Virus record (IMG/VR): IMGVR_UViG_3300033076_000383
Coordinates: 1 to 28,978 of that record
Reading direction: 5' to 3' (one strand)
Length of the DNA stretch: 28,978 nucleotides
Source of the DNA: a virus
Lineage: Duplodnaviria > Caudoviricetes
Shown here: positions 1-6,676 of the stretch, piece after piece
How positions within the stretch are numbered: the first letter of the stretch is position 1
Layout of the letters: every line of letters begins with the position of its first letter
Made by a program: the position numbers and the translations under genes
The notes under the pieces: model-generated
Seen by the model: the letters and a program-made list of their open reading frames with translations, nothing else
Told to the model about the DNA's origin: nothing
The model's database searches: none

Positions 1-5
1 AATTG

Positions 6-24
6 GTACGACAACTTGTCGCAC
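6..24. repeat. 19-bp palindrome copy 1 (GTACGACAACTTGTCGCAC), putative operator
   Basis: Fits GTRCGACA-N3-TGTCGYAC; exact reverse complement of the copy at 3639-3657; lies just past the stop codon at 31. Confidence 0.85.
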
Positions 25-30
25 GGTTGA

Positions 31-189
31 TTAATACGGTCTCCAGACCAGCACGTCCATTGCTATGACCAGCACGCAGACTGCGTACATGGCCAACACT
101 GCGTAGTCCATCGCGTCGAACCTTCGGGCTGTGGGGATTGGTTTGGCCGGCCCCCGATAAGAAGATTGATGACTGTTCCTTTTACTCAT
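31..189 (-). CDS. Small single-TM membrane protein (~52 aa)
   Basis: Start moved to ATG 189 because of AAGGAG just upstream; basic N-terminus then hydrophobic YAVLAMYAVCVLVIAM. Confidence 0.7.
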   Translation of the reverse strand: MSKRNSHQSSYRGPAKPIPTARRFDAMDYAVLAMYAVCVLVIAMDVLVWRPY

Positions 190-502
190 GGCTGCTCTCC
201 TTTCTGTTTTGCCATAGCCACTCAATGATGGTCATACCTTCGCGCAGCGTGTGTACTTGTTGGTAGTCATCGTAAGCGTGCGCCGTGTTGAGACCCGTGC
301 CGTACACGTAGTACGTGACCTGCTCTTCCATCTGCGTATGTGTTCGTGTCGTAATTCGCTGCTCAACAAAGCCAAACGATATGGCTACATCCTCCATGAG
401 ATGTATGCGTACTAGCTGGTCACACTTTTTCTCGCGTGCGGTATTTGGGTCTAACACAAACACACGCCACTGCCCTGTCCATTCATCCTTTGTCGAAGTC
501 AT
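182..502 (-). CDS. Hypothetical early protein (~106 aa)
   Basis: ATG 502 preceded by AAGGAG; overlaps both neighbours. Confidence 0.65.
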   Translation of the reverse strand: MTSTKDEWTGQWRVFVLDPNTAREKKCDQLVRIHLMEDVAISFGFVEQRITTRTHTQMEEQVTYYVYGTGLNTAHAYDDYQQVHTLREGMTIIEWLWQNRKESSHE

Positions 503-956
503 GTTGCTCTCCTTTCTCTCTGCGTTTGAAGTCATGCGCGGCTTGCTCTAACACGTTGGTGACGTACTCAATCGTGCGGTACGTATCGAAGCGTTGGCTC
601 AGGCCGCCTATCCCAAGCGATGCAAGCTGCGCAGCGTGGCCCGGTGCGTAGTCACCGCTGTGGTGGCAATCGAAGCCGAACACTGTGTATTTGCCACCAT
701 CCTCGTCGCCTCTTGTCGCTGCGTACGTCCACCCACCATGCGAGTGAGGCGCGTCTTCGTAGAAGGCTCCGTTGTTGTACCCATGCAAGTCGTTGTAGTC
801 CTTGCCGTAGTCTGGGTGGCCGAAGGGTATGAAGATGTACCCGTTGAGATGCTTGCTGTCCGGATGGCGCTTGATCTCACAGATATACCCTGCGTCACTC
901 ATGAACATGAGATGATCGGGCTCGTTCTCCCATGGTTTGTCTGCGATGTTTGTCAT
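483..956 (-). CDS. Conserved phage hypothetical protein (HLNGY...HGGWTY...GFDCHH type)
   Basis: Motifs recalled from a widespread phage protein family; start overlaps the upstream stop. Confidence 0.8.
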   Translation of the reverse strand: MTNIADKPWENEPDHLMFMSDAGYICEIKRHPDSKHLNGYIFIPFGHPDYGKDYNDLHGYNNGAFYEDAPHSHGGWTYAATRGDEDGGKYTVFGFDCHHSGDYAPGHAAQLASLGIGGLSQRFDTYRTIEYVTNVLEQAAHDFKRREKGEQHDFDKG

Positions 957-1261
957 ATCAGTTCCTCCGGTATCTCAACTTCATCGCCCAGCTTGCTGGC
1001 AACGTAGCAGCGCATGGCTGCGATGAGTGGGGTGTCTCCGAGTTCTCGATGCGCTGGTGTGTGGTTTACCCACACGAAGGCTATAGGCTGCTTATCTGTG
1101 CCTGCGTGCATCCGTAGGTTGATACCCTCACGCTCAATGATCGGCCCGCCTTGTGCCCAGTCGATTGAGTAAGGCTTGACCTCAAAGTCAGCACCGGCCC
1201 AATTCTCAGCCATCGCCACTGCCCAATCAAGGGCAGCGCCTGTCAGTTCACTTGTCTTCAT
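953..1261 (-). CDS. NinX/DUF2591-like phage protein
   Basis: ELTGAALDWAVA, PYSIDWAQGGPIIERE and TPLIAAMRCYVASKLG motifs; strong AAGGAG RBS. Confidence 0.8.
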   Translation of the reverse strand: MKTSELTGAALDWAVAMAENWAGADFEVKPYSIDWAQGGPIIEREGINLRMHAGTDKQPIAFVWVNHTPAHRELGDTPLIAAMRCYVASKLGDEVEIPEELI

Positions 1262-1273
1262 GGTTGTTTCTCC

Positions 1274-1738
1274 TTACACAGTGATCTCAATACTGGCACC
1301 CGACAGCGCTTGGTTGATGCGGTCGTCGAGTATCTCGTCGAGCACATCGCTGACCTTCTCACTCAACTGGCGCTCAGTGATGAACTCATGGCTGCCCTGT
1401 CTGACGAAGTGCTCAAGGTGGTGGTCGACCTCGTTCTCAATGTCTTCGTCCGATGGGTGTGCGTAATCGCTCTCGTGTTCCTCGATTGCGTCCTTGACCA
1501 TGGCCTCGATCTTGTCCGCAAGCGCATCGTCGAGCAGCGTCAGCGCCTGTCTGTTCTGCATCATGGCGTGGAACTTGGTCTCCACCAGCATGTCGATGTG
1601 CTTCTCGAATGTTGCGAGCAACATGTTGATCAGTGGTAAGGCTACGTGGTGTTCGTGTTCTTGCTCTGGTGTTGTGTCCTCCATCGTTATGGGCATAGCC
1701 ATACTTGGCGTTGCGTTTTCATTCAGGTTTTCATTCAT
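1274..1738 (-). CDS. Acidic helical hypothetical protein (~154 aa)
   Basis: ATG 1738 with AAGGAGAA RBS at 1745-1752; Asp/Glu/His rich. Confidence 0.75.
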   Translation of the reverse strand: MNENLNENATPSMAMPITMEDTTPEQEHEHHVALPLINMLLATFEKHIDMLVETKFHAMMQNRQALTLLDDALADKIEAMVKDAIEEHESDYAHPSDEDIENEVDHHLEHFVRQGSHEFITERQLSEKVSDVLDEILDDRINQALSGASIEITV

Positions 1739-1764
1739 GGTTGCTTCTCCTTTTGGTTGATGTG

Positions 1765-1783
1765 GTGCGACAACGTGTCGCAC
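1765..1783. repeat. 19-bp palindrome copy 2 (GTGCGACAACGTGTCGCAC)
   Basis: Perfect 11-bp arms over 1762-1786; intergenic, just upstream of the RBS of the 1738 gene. Confidence 0.85.
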
Positions 1784-1825
1784 CACTCGGGGTTTGCCAG
1801 TGACCGACTGGCGGCGGGTTTTAAT

Positions 1826-2809
1826 TCACATATCCTCCCACGGTGTGCTGTCTGTGGGGAGTGACGCAAACAACACATCCGGTGGCGGCTCCACCGTGGG
1901 CTCGGTGCGCGGCTCAGGCGGTAGGTGTATGCGAGGCTCGCGTGTCTGGGGTCTCCGTGGCTCCCACAGTTTCGGCGTGTTGCCCTTTTTAGAACTGTCT
2001 GCCCACGAACCTCGCCTGTGTAGGTCGGCCAGCTTCTCTCGCTCCTGCTCGGTGAGCAAAGACTGCCATGCCCCGGCAGGCGCAGTGCTGTCGATGCGCT
2101 GACTCAAGTCTCCCTCATCCACGCCAGCATCAAACCGCTGCAAGGCTAGGCGCAGCAGACGCTCACGCTCAAAGAAATAGGTCTGGTCTTCTTCGCACTC
2201 GAACTGATAAACCTTCCCACCATCGGGGGTGGTGAACGCGATGTGCTTACGGATGGCCCGCATCGTGCCTGCCAGCTCTCGCTGCAACGTATCGCGCAGC
2301 AACGCAAAGCCCGCCTTGCTGGTGCGCTTGATCTCCTTGCGCCGTTCCTTTTGTTTCTTGAGCTTGCGGCAATGGGCGCAGCTCACGGCGTATGTGTAGT
2401 GACGACGCTCCTCGGCCCAGCCGCGTGCTGCCTTCTGCGCAGGTGTGGCCTCCATGCGGAACTCATCGACGTGCTTTTCCTGCTTGCACTTGCGGCACAC
2501 CTTGTGGTCAGGCTTCTGCGCCTTCGGCACGGCAACATAGCGCCCGCCATCACGCTTGAGCCACCCATGCTCCCGCGCTGCCTGAATCAACAGCTTGAGC
2601 ACCTTATCCCCGTAGAACTTGGTGATGCCTCGGGTGTGCAGCGTGTTGACCGCTTCGAGTGTTGCTTTGTACGCCAGTGTGCGGGGCGCATGCGGCATAC
2701 CGGACAGCCCTTTGTAGAGAAACGAGCGCATGTCTTTGACGCTGAAGGCTACGTGTAAGCCCCATTTCGGGGGAACGCACTCAGGATACGTGAGAGGGGT
2801 AGCTTGCAT
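1826..2809 (-). CDS. Basic Cys4 zinc-finger protein, probably DNA-binding
   Basis: KVCRKCK...SCAHCRK followed by a Lys/Arg-rich helix; ATG 2809 chosen for GAAAGG 9 nt upstream; start uncertain. Confidence 0.7.
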   Translation of the reverse strand: MQATPLTYPECVPPKWGLHVAFSVKDMRSFLYKGLSGMPHAPRTLAYKATLEAVNTLHTRGITKFYGDKVLKLLIQAAREHGWLKRDGGRYVAVPKAQKPDHKVCRKCKQEKHVDEFRMEATPAQKAARGWAEERRHYTYAVSCAHCRKLKKQKERRKEIKRTSKAGFALLRDTLQRELAGTMRAIRKHIAFTTPDGGKVYQFECEEDQTYFFERERLLRLALQRFDAGVDEGDLSQRIDSTAPAGAWQSLLTEQEREKLADLHRRGSWADSSKKGNTPKLWEPRRPQTREPRIHLPPEPRTEPTVEPPPDVLFASLPTDSTPWEDM

Positions 2810-2874
2810 AAGTGACGACCTTTCTGAAAGTGTTGCGACAAATAGTCGCGGAGTTGTGCAGTTACGACTTGCAT

Positions 2875-2903
2875 ATTGTAGGGAACAAACCCCTATTTGT
2901 ACA
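2875..2903 (-). promoter_or_regulatory. Possible sigma70 promoter (TGTACA-N17-TACAAT)
   Basis: -10 at 2875-2880 and -35 at 2898-2903, upstream of the 2809 gene. Confidence 0.4.
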
Positions 2904-2963
2904 GCTTTTTGAGGGAACTGGGTAAACCGTCCACCAATACCGGAGTGAACAGTACGCACGGAG

Positions 2964-3240
2964 CCCGCATGGTTGCAGGGTTGTCGAAGTTATTGCGTTA
3001 ATTAGGGTGTGTTTTTCCCAGAACTAATACGTAGGGTACGGGTTCTACTTCTTTAAGCCATGAAAAACAGAAGAACAAGGTAACTTAAAGAAGTAAAACC
3101 CCTCCCATATATATAAGTTATTTATTTATATAGATATATATATAGTAGTAAGTGGTGGGTGTGGCTCAACCATGCGGGTTAGAGGCCCACGCTTGGTGCT
3201 GGACTTGGTGGGATTTTGCTGGGTGCTAGTGGGTATGCGT
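2964..3240. other. AT-rich non-coding region with nested inverted repeats; candidate replication origin
   Basis: 12-bp IR 2964-2975/3167-3178; 17/18 IR 3040-3057/3084-3101; (AT)n tract about 3107-3144. Confidence 0.45.
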
Positions 3241-3277
3241 TTTGACGAGCTTCTCACAAACATCTCAGGCTAAGACC

Positions 3278-3296
3278 GTACGACATCGTGTCGTAC
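3278..3296. repeat. 19-bp palindrome copy 3 (GTACGACATCGTGTCGTAC)
   Basis: Perfect 10-bp arms over 3276-3298; just past the stop at 3310. Confidence 0.85.
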
Positions 3297-3309
3297 GGCC
3301 AGCGCAGCG

Positions 3310-3516
3310 TCATTTGAACAGGCGACCTTGCTTGACGCGTATCTTGTGGCTGCCTGCTTTGATGGTGTCCCACTCGGCTTCATGGGCGCGGGCTTCTTCG
3401 ATGACGGCACGCTTGTATGCGGCGTCACGTGCCATGTGGGCAAAGTCTTCACGCAAGGCGCGCAGCTTGGTGATTTGTTCGTGCTTGATGATGGAATAAC
3501 GGTTGGTCTTGCTCAT
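3310..3516 (-). CDS. Small basic hypothetical protein (68 aa)
   Basis: AGGAG RBS at 3523-3527; same orientation as the early cluster. Confidence 0.7.
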   Translation of the reverse strand: MSKTNRYSIIKHEQITKLRALREDFAHMARDAAYKRAVIEEARAHEAEWDTIKAGSHKIRVKQGRLFK

Positions 3517-3579
3517 GGTGTGCTCCTGTGCAGCTTTATAGCTGCGGGTTGTATGACGCGGGGTTGCGTCACGAAAAGG

Positions 3580-3626
3580 TTGATTGACAAGAAATGGAAC
3601 AGCAGACGAGCAACGCCCGCCCGCTG
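3580..3626 (-). terminator. Terminator-like hairpin
   Basis: Minus-strand CAGCGGGCGGGC-GUU-GCUCGUCUGCUG (12 bp with 3 G-U pairs) followed by UUCCAUUUCUU. Confidence 0.55.
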
Positions 3627-3638
3627 AATTGAAAACCC

Positions 3639-3657
3639 GTGCGACAAGTTGTCGTAC
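3639..3657. repeat. 19-bp palindrome copy 4 (GTGCGACAAGTTGTCGTAC)
   Basis: 3 nt past the stop at 3661; reverse complement of copy 1. Confidence 0.85.
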
Positions 3658-3660
3658 CGA

Positions 3661-4065
3661 TCAGATACCGCGCAGGAAAGCGCGTTTTTGCGCAGTGGTC
3701 AAACCCGCGTAGGCTTTGAGCAACTTGGCCACGGGGTCAACGGGCACATGCTTGCTCACCTTGGGCTCGCCTGTTGTGAAGAAGACGCCAACGTTACGCT
3801 CCCACGATTTCTGGGCAGCGTAGTGACGTGTGTCGCGTGTTGACTCTGCGCCCGTATGAAAGACGGCGCGGCCTGACTTATTCCACGTGAAGTTGCACTT
3901 GTAATGCTTGGCGTGGACTGCGGCCAGTGCCTGCATAAGCGTGGGACACGGTGTCGTACCAAGTTGCGCGGCGGCCTGCTTGAGTGCGTCGCCGTATGAC
4001 GTGCCGGCCTTCAAGAAGGCTTCGTACTTGGTAACGATTGCGTTGGTGTTGATAGTGTGTGTCAT
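3661..4065 (-). CDS. First early gene, basic hypothetical protein (~134 aa)
   Basis: ATG 4065 with GGAG RBS at 4074-4077; downstream of an extended -10 promoter. Confidence 0.75.
   Translation of the reverse strand: MTHTINTNAIVTKYEAFLKAGTSYGDALKQAAAQLGTTPCPTLMQALAAVHAKHYKCNFTWNKSGRAVFHTGAESTRDTRHYAAQKSWERNVGVFFTTGEPKVSKHVPVDPVAKLLKAYAGLTTAQKRAFLRGI
3941..3959. repeat. 19-bp palindrome copy 5 (GTGGGACACGGTGTCGTAC), intragenic
   Basis: One mismatch to the consensus. Confidence 0.65.
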
Positions 4066-4077
4066 GTTGATTACTCC

Positions 4078-4104
4078 AAAAGGAAAAGCCCGCAACTGGC
4101 GGGC
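4078..4104 (-). terminator. Terminator/attenuator-like hairpin in the 5' leader
   Basis: GCCCGC-CAGUU-GCGGGC followed by UUUUCCUUUU on the minus strand. Confidence 0.55.
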
Positions 4105-4139
4105 AAACAGATGCAACCAAACCCTGATTGCATAGCTTT

Positions 4140-4148
4140 ATTATACCA
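4140..4148 (-). promoter_or_regulatory. Extended -10 promoter (TGGTATAAT) for early genes
   Basis: Perfect TGnTATAAT on the minus strand; no good -35. Confidence 0.65.
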
Positions 4149-4359
4149 CAACACGTTTTAGAGACATATTGACAGGGGGTATTTTTTGCCCTGCGGCGAC
4201 CCCACCGTACGGGGGGAACCCCTTTTTCGATGCGGCGGTGCGACTTGGCATAAACACTGTTCCGCACCGATTCCCAGCAAAATGTAAAACGTTTGTCAAT
4301 TAAATACCCCTCGTTAAGGCCAACACCGGTTTGCGTTTAAGCACCCAACCTCCAAAAAT

Positions 4360-4389
4360 TTTATAAAAAATTATTAAAAACTGTGTCAA
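4360..4389 (-). promoter_or_regulatory. Possible sigma70 promoter (TTGACA-N18-TATAAA)
   Basis: -35 at 4384-4389 and -10 at 4360-4365; AT-rich context raises the chance of a spurious match. Confidence 0.4.
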
Positions 4390-4398
4390 ACGTACAAC

Positions 4399-4430
4399 AA
4401 AAAACCCCCGGCACCTTTCGACACCGGGGG
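4399..4430 (-). terminator. Rho-independent terminator
   Basis: CCCCCGGUGUC-GAAA-GGUGCCGGGGG-UUUUUU; the G-U pairs work only on the minus strand. Confidence 0.85.
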
Positions 4431-4484
4431 GAACCTTTCAAGGAGAACTTGCATGAAACAGACCACGGCTTGCGCAGCGGTCAG
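4399..4484 (-). ncRNA. Predicted ~85-nt small RNA with anti-Shine-Dalgarno/anti-AUG segment
   Basis: Own promoter, 5' GCAA hairpin (4461-4482), unpaired UUUCAUGCAAGUUCUCCUUGA, 3' terminator. Confidence 0.6.
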
Positions 4485-4499
4485 AAAGTAGTGTACATT
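4470..4499 (+). promoter_or_regulatory. Possible promoter of the packaging/structural operon (TTGCGC-N18-TACATT)
   Basis: About 30 nt upstream of the TerS ATG; shares its -10 palindrome with the opposite promoter. Confidence 0.45.
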
Positions 4500-4518
4500 T
4501 CAGCCATCGAGGTTACAA
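4490..4518 (-). promoter_or_regulatory. Sigma70-like promoter (TTGTAA-N17-TACACT) for the small RNA
   Basis: -35 at 4513-4518, -10 at 4490-4495, 17-nt spacer; predicted +1 falls at the first hairpin. Confidence 0.6.
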
Positions 4519-4530
4519 GGCCTTCGCGCA

Positions 4531-5133
4531 ATGTTTGAGAATTTGGTGCAATTCAACCCGGAACCAACGCCGCCCGGACCCATGACCACGCTTGAGAAAG
4601 CGGGGGTCGATGAAGTCTTGGCCGCGCAGACAGCCACATCGAGCTGGCTGGAGGAACTTGGGGCACCACCAGACGACGAAGTCTTGGCCGATCTGGAGAA
4701 GGCGGACGCCCGAAAAGCATTTGGGGCGCTGACCGCCACCACAGATACCTCCGAGCAAAAGGCCGCCTTGGTACAGCTCAAGACCCCGGAAGCTGTCAGG
4801 CACCTGACAGGTATGCTCAGCGCCTACGATTGGGAGTTCATTGAGCAGGCCAAGGAGCTTCGTGGCTACACAGTGGCCAAGCTGGTGGAGGAGACAACAC
4901 ATACAAACCCCAACATCAGACTCAAGGCGCTGGCCCTACTGGGCAAAGTCACCGAGGTGGGCCTGTTCACCGAAAAGATCGAGATCAAGAAGGAAGAGCT
5001 GTCCGACAACGAGCTCGACCAACGCATCAAGGACAAGCTCAACAAGTTCATGGGCGTGGTCGACGTCATCGACGTGTACGAAGACGCTGAAAAGACCGGC
5101 GCTCTGGGCCTCCCCCGGGAAGACGCCGAGTGA
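4531..5133 (+). CDS. terS: Probable terminase small subunit
   Basis: Directly upstream of and overlapping TerL (GTGA); RLKALALLGK...GLFTEK...ELSDNEL C-terminal pattern. Confidence 0.65.
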   Translation: MFENLVQFNPEPTPPGPMTTLEKAGVDEVLAAQTATSSWLEELGAPPDDEVLADLEKADARKAFGALTATTDTSEQKAALVQLKTPEAVRHLTGMLSAYDWEFIEQAKELRGYTVAKLVEETTHTNPNIRLKALALLGKVTEVGLFTEKIEIKKEELSDNELDQRIKDKLNKFMGVVDVIDVYEDAEKTGALGLPREDAE

Positions 5134-6662
5134 AAAAGCTCACCACGCTGTCCAAACTGGAGCTCGAAGCGCTTCAAAAGGCCCTGCCGCACCTGTCAGC
5201 CGCCGAAAAAGAGGAGCTGCTCAAGGATTTGGAGACGCGAGAGATGCGCACCCGACTTGCGGCTGCGCAAGACAACATGCTCGGGTTTGCCCAAGCGGTC
5301 TATCCGGGTTTCAAGATCGGCCCTCACCACAAACGTCTGGCCAAAATCTTCACGGACGTGATCGAGGGCAAGAAAAAGCGCGTGATCATCAACATCGCGC
5401 CTCGTATGGGTAAGTCTGAGTTCAGCTCGTACCTGTTCCCAGCGTACTTCCTTGGCAAGTACCCCCAAAAGAAGATCATCATGGGTACGCACACTGCGGG
5501 CCTGTCCGAAGACTTCGGTCGCCGCATCCGAAACCTGTTGGACTCGGAGGAGTATCGTGAAGTTTTCCCGCAAACACTCGTCGCCGACGACCAGAAGGCT
5601 GCAGGCAAGTGGTCTACGTCGGCTGGCGGACAGTATTATGCTGCTGGTGTCGGTGGTGCTCTTGCTGGTCGTGGTGCCGACCTTTTTGTAATTGACGATC
5701 CTCATTCCGAACAGGATGTAAAGACCAACTCGCGCTTGGCTTTCGACACCGCGTGGTCGTGGTTTCAGACGGGCCCGCTGCAGCGCTTGATGCCCGGTGG
5801 TGCGATCATCATTATCATGACGCGCTGGTCTCTTTTGGACCTTACTGGACGCTTGATCGACTACCAGACCAAGAATCCAGACTCCATCCCATGGGAGATT
5901 GTGGAGCTGCCGGCCATCCTGAACGAAAACACGGAGCAGGAAAAGAGCTTGTGGCCGGAGCAGTGGCCGCTGGAGTCCCTCAAGGCCACAAAGGCTGCGC
6001 TGGACCCACGGTATTGGAACGCCCAGTACATGCAGCAGCCCACAGCTGAGACCAGTGCGATCGTCAGCAGGAAACACTGGCGCATCTGGGAGGGTGACGA
6101 GCCGCCACCGTGTGACTACGTGATTCAGAGCTGGGACACGGCCTTTGAAACCAAGAACAACTCCGACTACAGCGCCTGCACGACGTGGGGCGTCTGGTAC
6201 AACGAGGAGGAAGGCAACAGCCCGCAGCTGATCTTGTTGGATGCGTTCAAGGACCGGATGGCATTCCCGGAGCTCAAGCAAATCGCGCACAAGCACTGGA
6301 AAGAGTGGCAACCAGACGCGTTCATCGTTGAAAAGAAGGCCGCTGGTGCGCCCCTGATTCAAGAGCTGCGCAACATGGGCATCCCCGTTCAGGAATTTAC
6401 ACCGAGCCGTGGAAATGACAAAATGGTGCGCCTGAACGCCGTTGCTGACCTGTTCACCTCGGGTAAAGTCTGGGCACCGGACACGCGCTGGGCGCGTGAA
6501 GTGATTGAGGAAATGGCAGCGTTCCCTGTTGGCGAGCATGATGACTTTGTCGATACGTGCACCCAAGCGCTTCTGCGCTACCGTCAGGGCGGCTTCATTG
6601 CCCTCGATACAGATGAACAGGAAGACAAATTCTTCCAGCGCCGTAGGGCGGCGTACTACTAG
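5130..6662 (+). CDS. terL: Terminase large subunit
   Basis: Walker A APRMGKS, Walker B FVIDDP, TRW motif, RNase H-like SWDTA and HDDFVD. Confidence 0.95.
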   Translation: MKKLTTLSKLELEALQKALPHLSAAEKEELLKDLETREMRTRLAAAQDNMLGFAQAVYPGFKIGPHHKRLAKIFTDVIEGKKKRVIINIAPRMGKSEFSSYLFPAYFLGKYPQKKIIMGTHTAGLSEDFGRRIRNLLDSEEYREVFPQTLVADDQKAAGKWSTSAGGQYYAAGVGGALAGRGADLFVIDDPHSEQDVKTNSRLAFDTAWSWFQTGPLQRLMPGGAIIIIMTRWSLLDLTGRLIDYQTKNPDSIPWEIVELPAILNENTEQEKSLWPEQWPLESLKATKAALDPRYWNAQYMQQPTAETSAIVSRKHWRIWEGDEPPPCDYVIQSWDTAFETKNNSDYSACTTWGVWYNEEEGNSPQLILLDAFKDRMAFPELKQIAHKHWKEWQPDAFIVEKKAAGAPLIQELRNMGIPVQEFTPSRGNDKMVRLNAVADLFTSGKVWAPDTRWAREVIEEMAAFPVGEHDDFVDTCTQALLRYRQGGFIALDTDEQEDKFFQRRRAAYY

Positions 6663-6676
6663 GAAAGATCAAGCAC

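Noticed and set aside
2810-2959. Upstream extension of the zinc-finger ORF to GTG 2959
   Set aside because: No RBS, and it runs through a putative promoter and operator
6-3959. Palindromic repeats as a CRISPR array
   Set aside because: Spacing is irregular (hundreds to >1000 bp) with genes in between, and no cas genes are present
4169-4200. Plus-strand TTGACA as a promoter
   Set aside because: No -10 at 16-18 nt spacing
5196-6566. 456-aa minus-strand ORF opposite terL
   Set aside because: Shadow ORF produced by codon bias of the sense gene; no motifs or RBS
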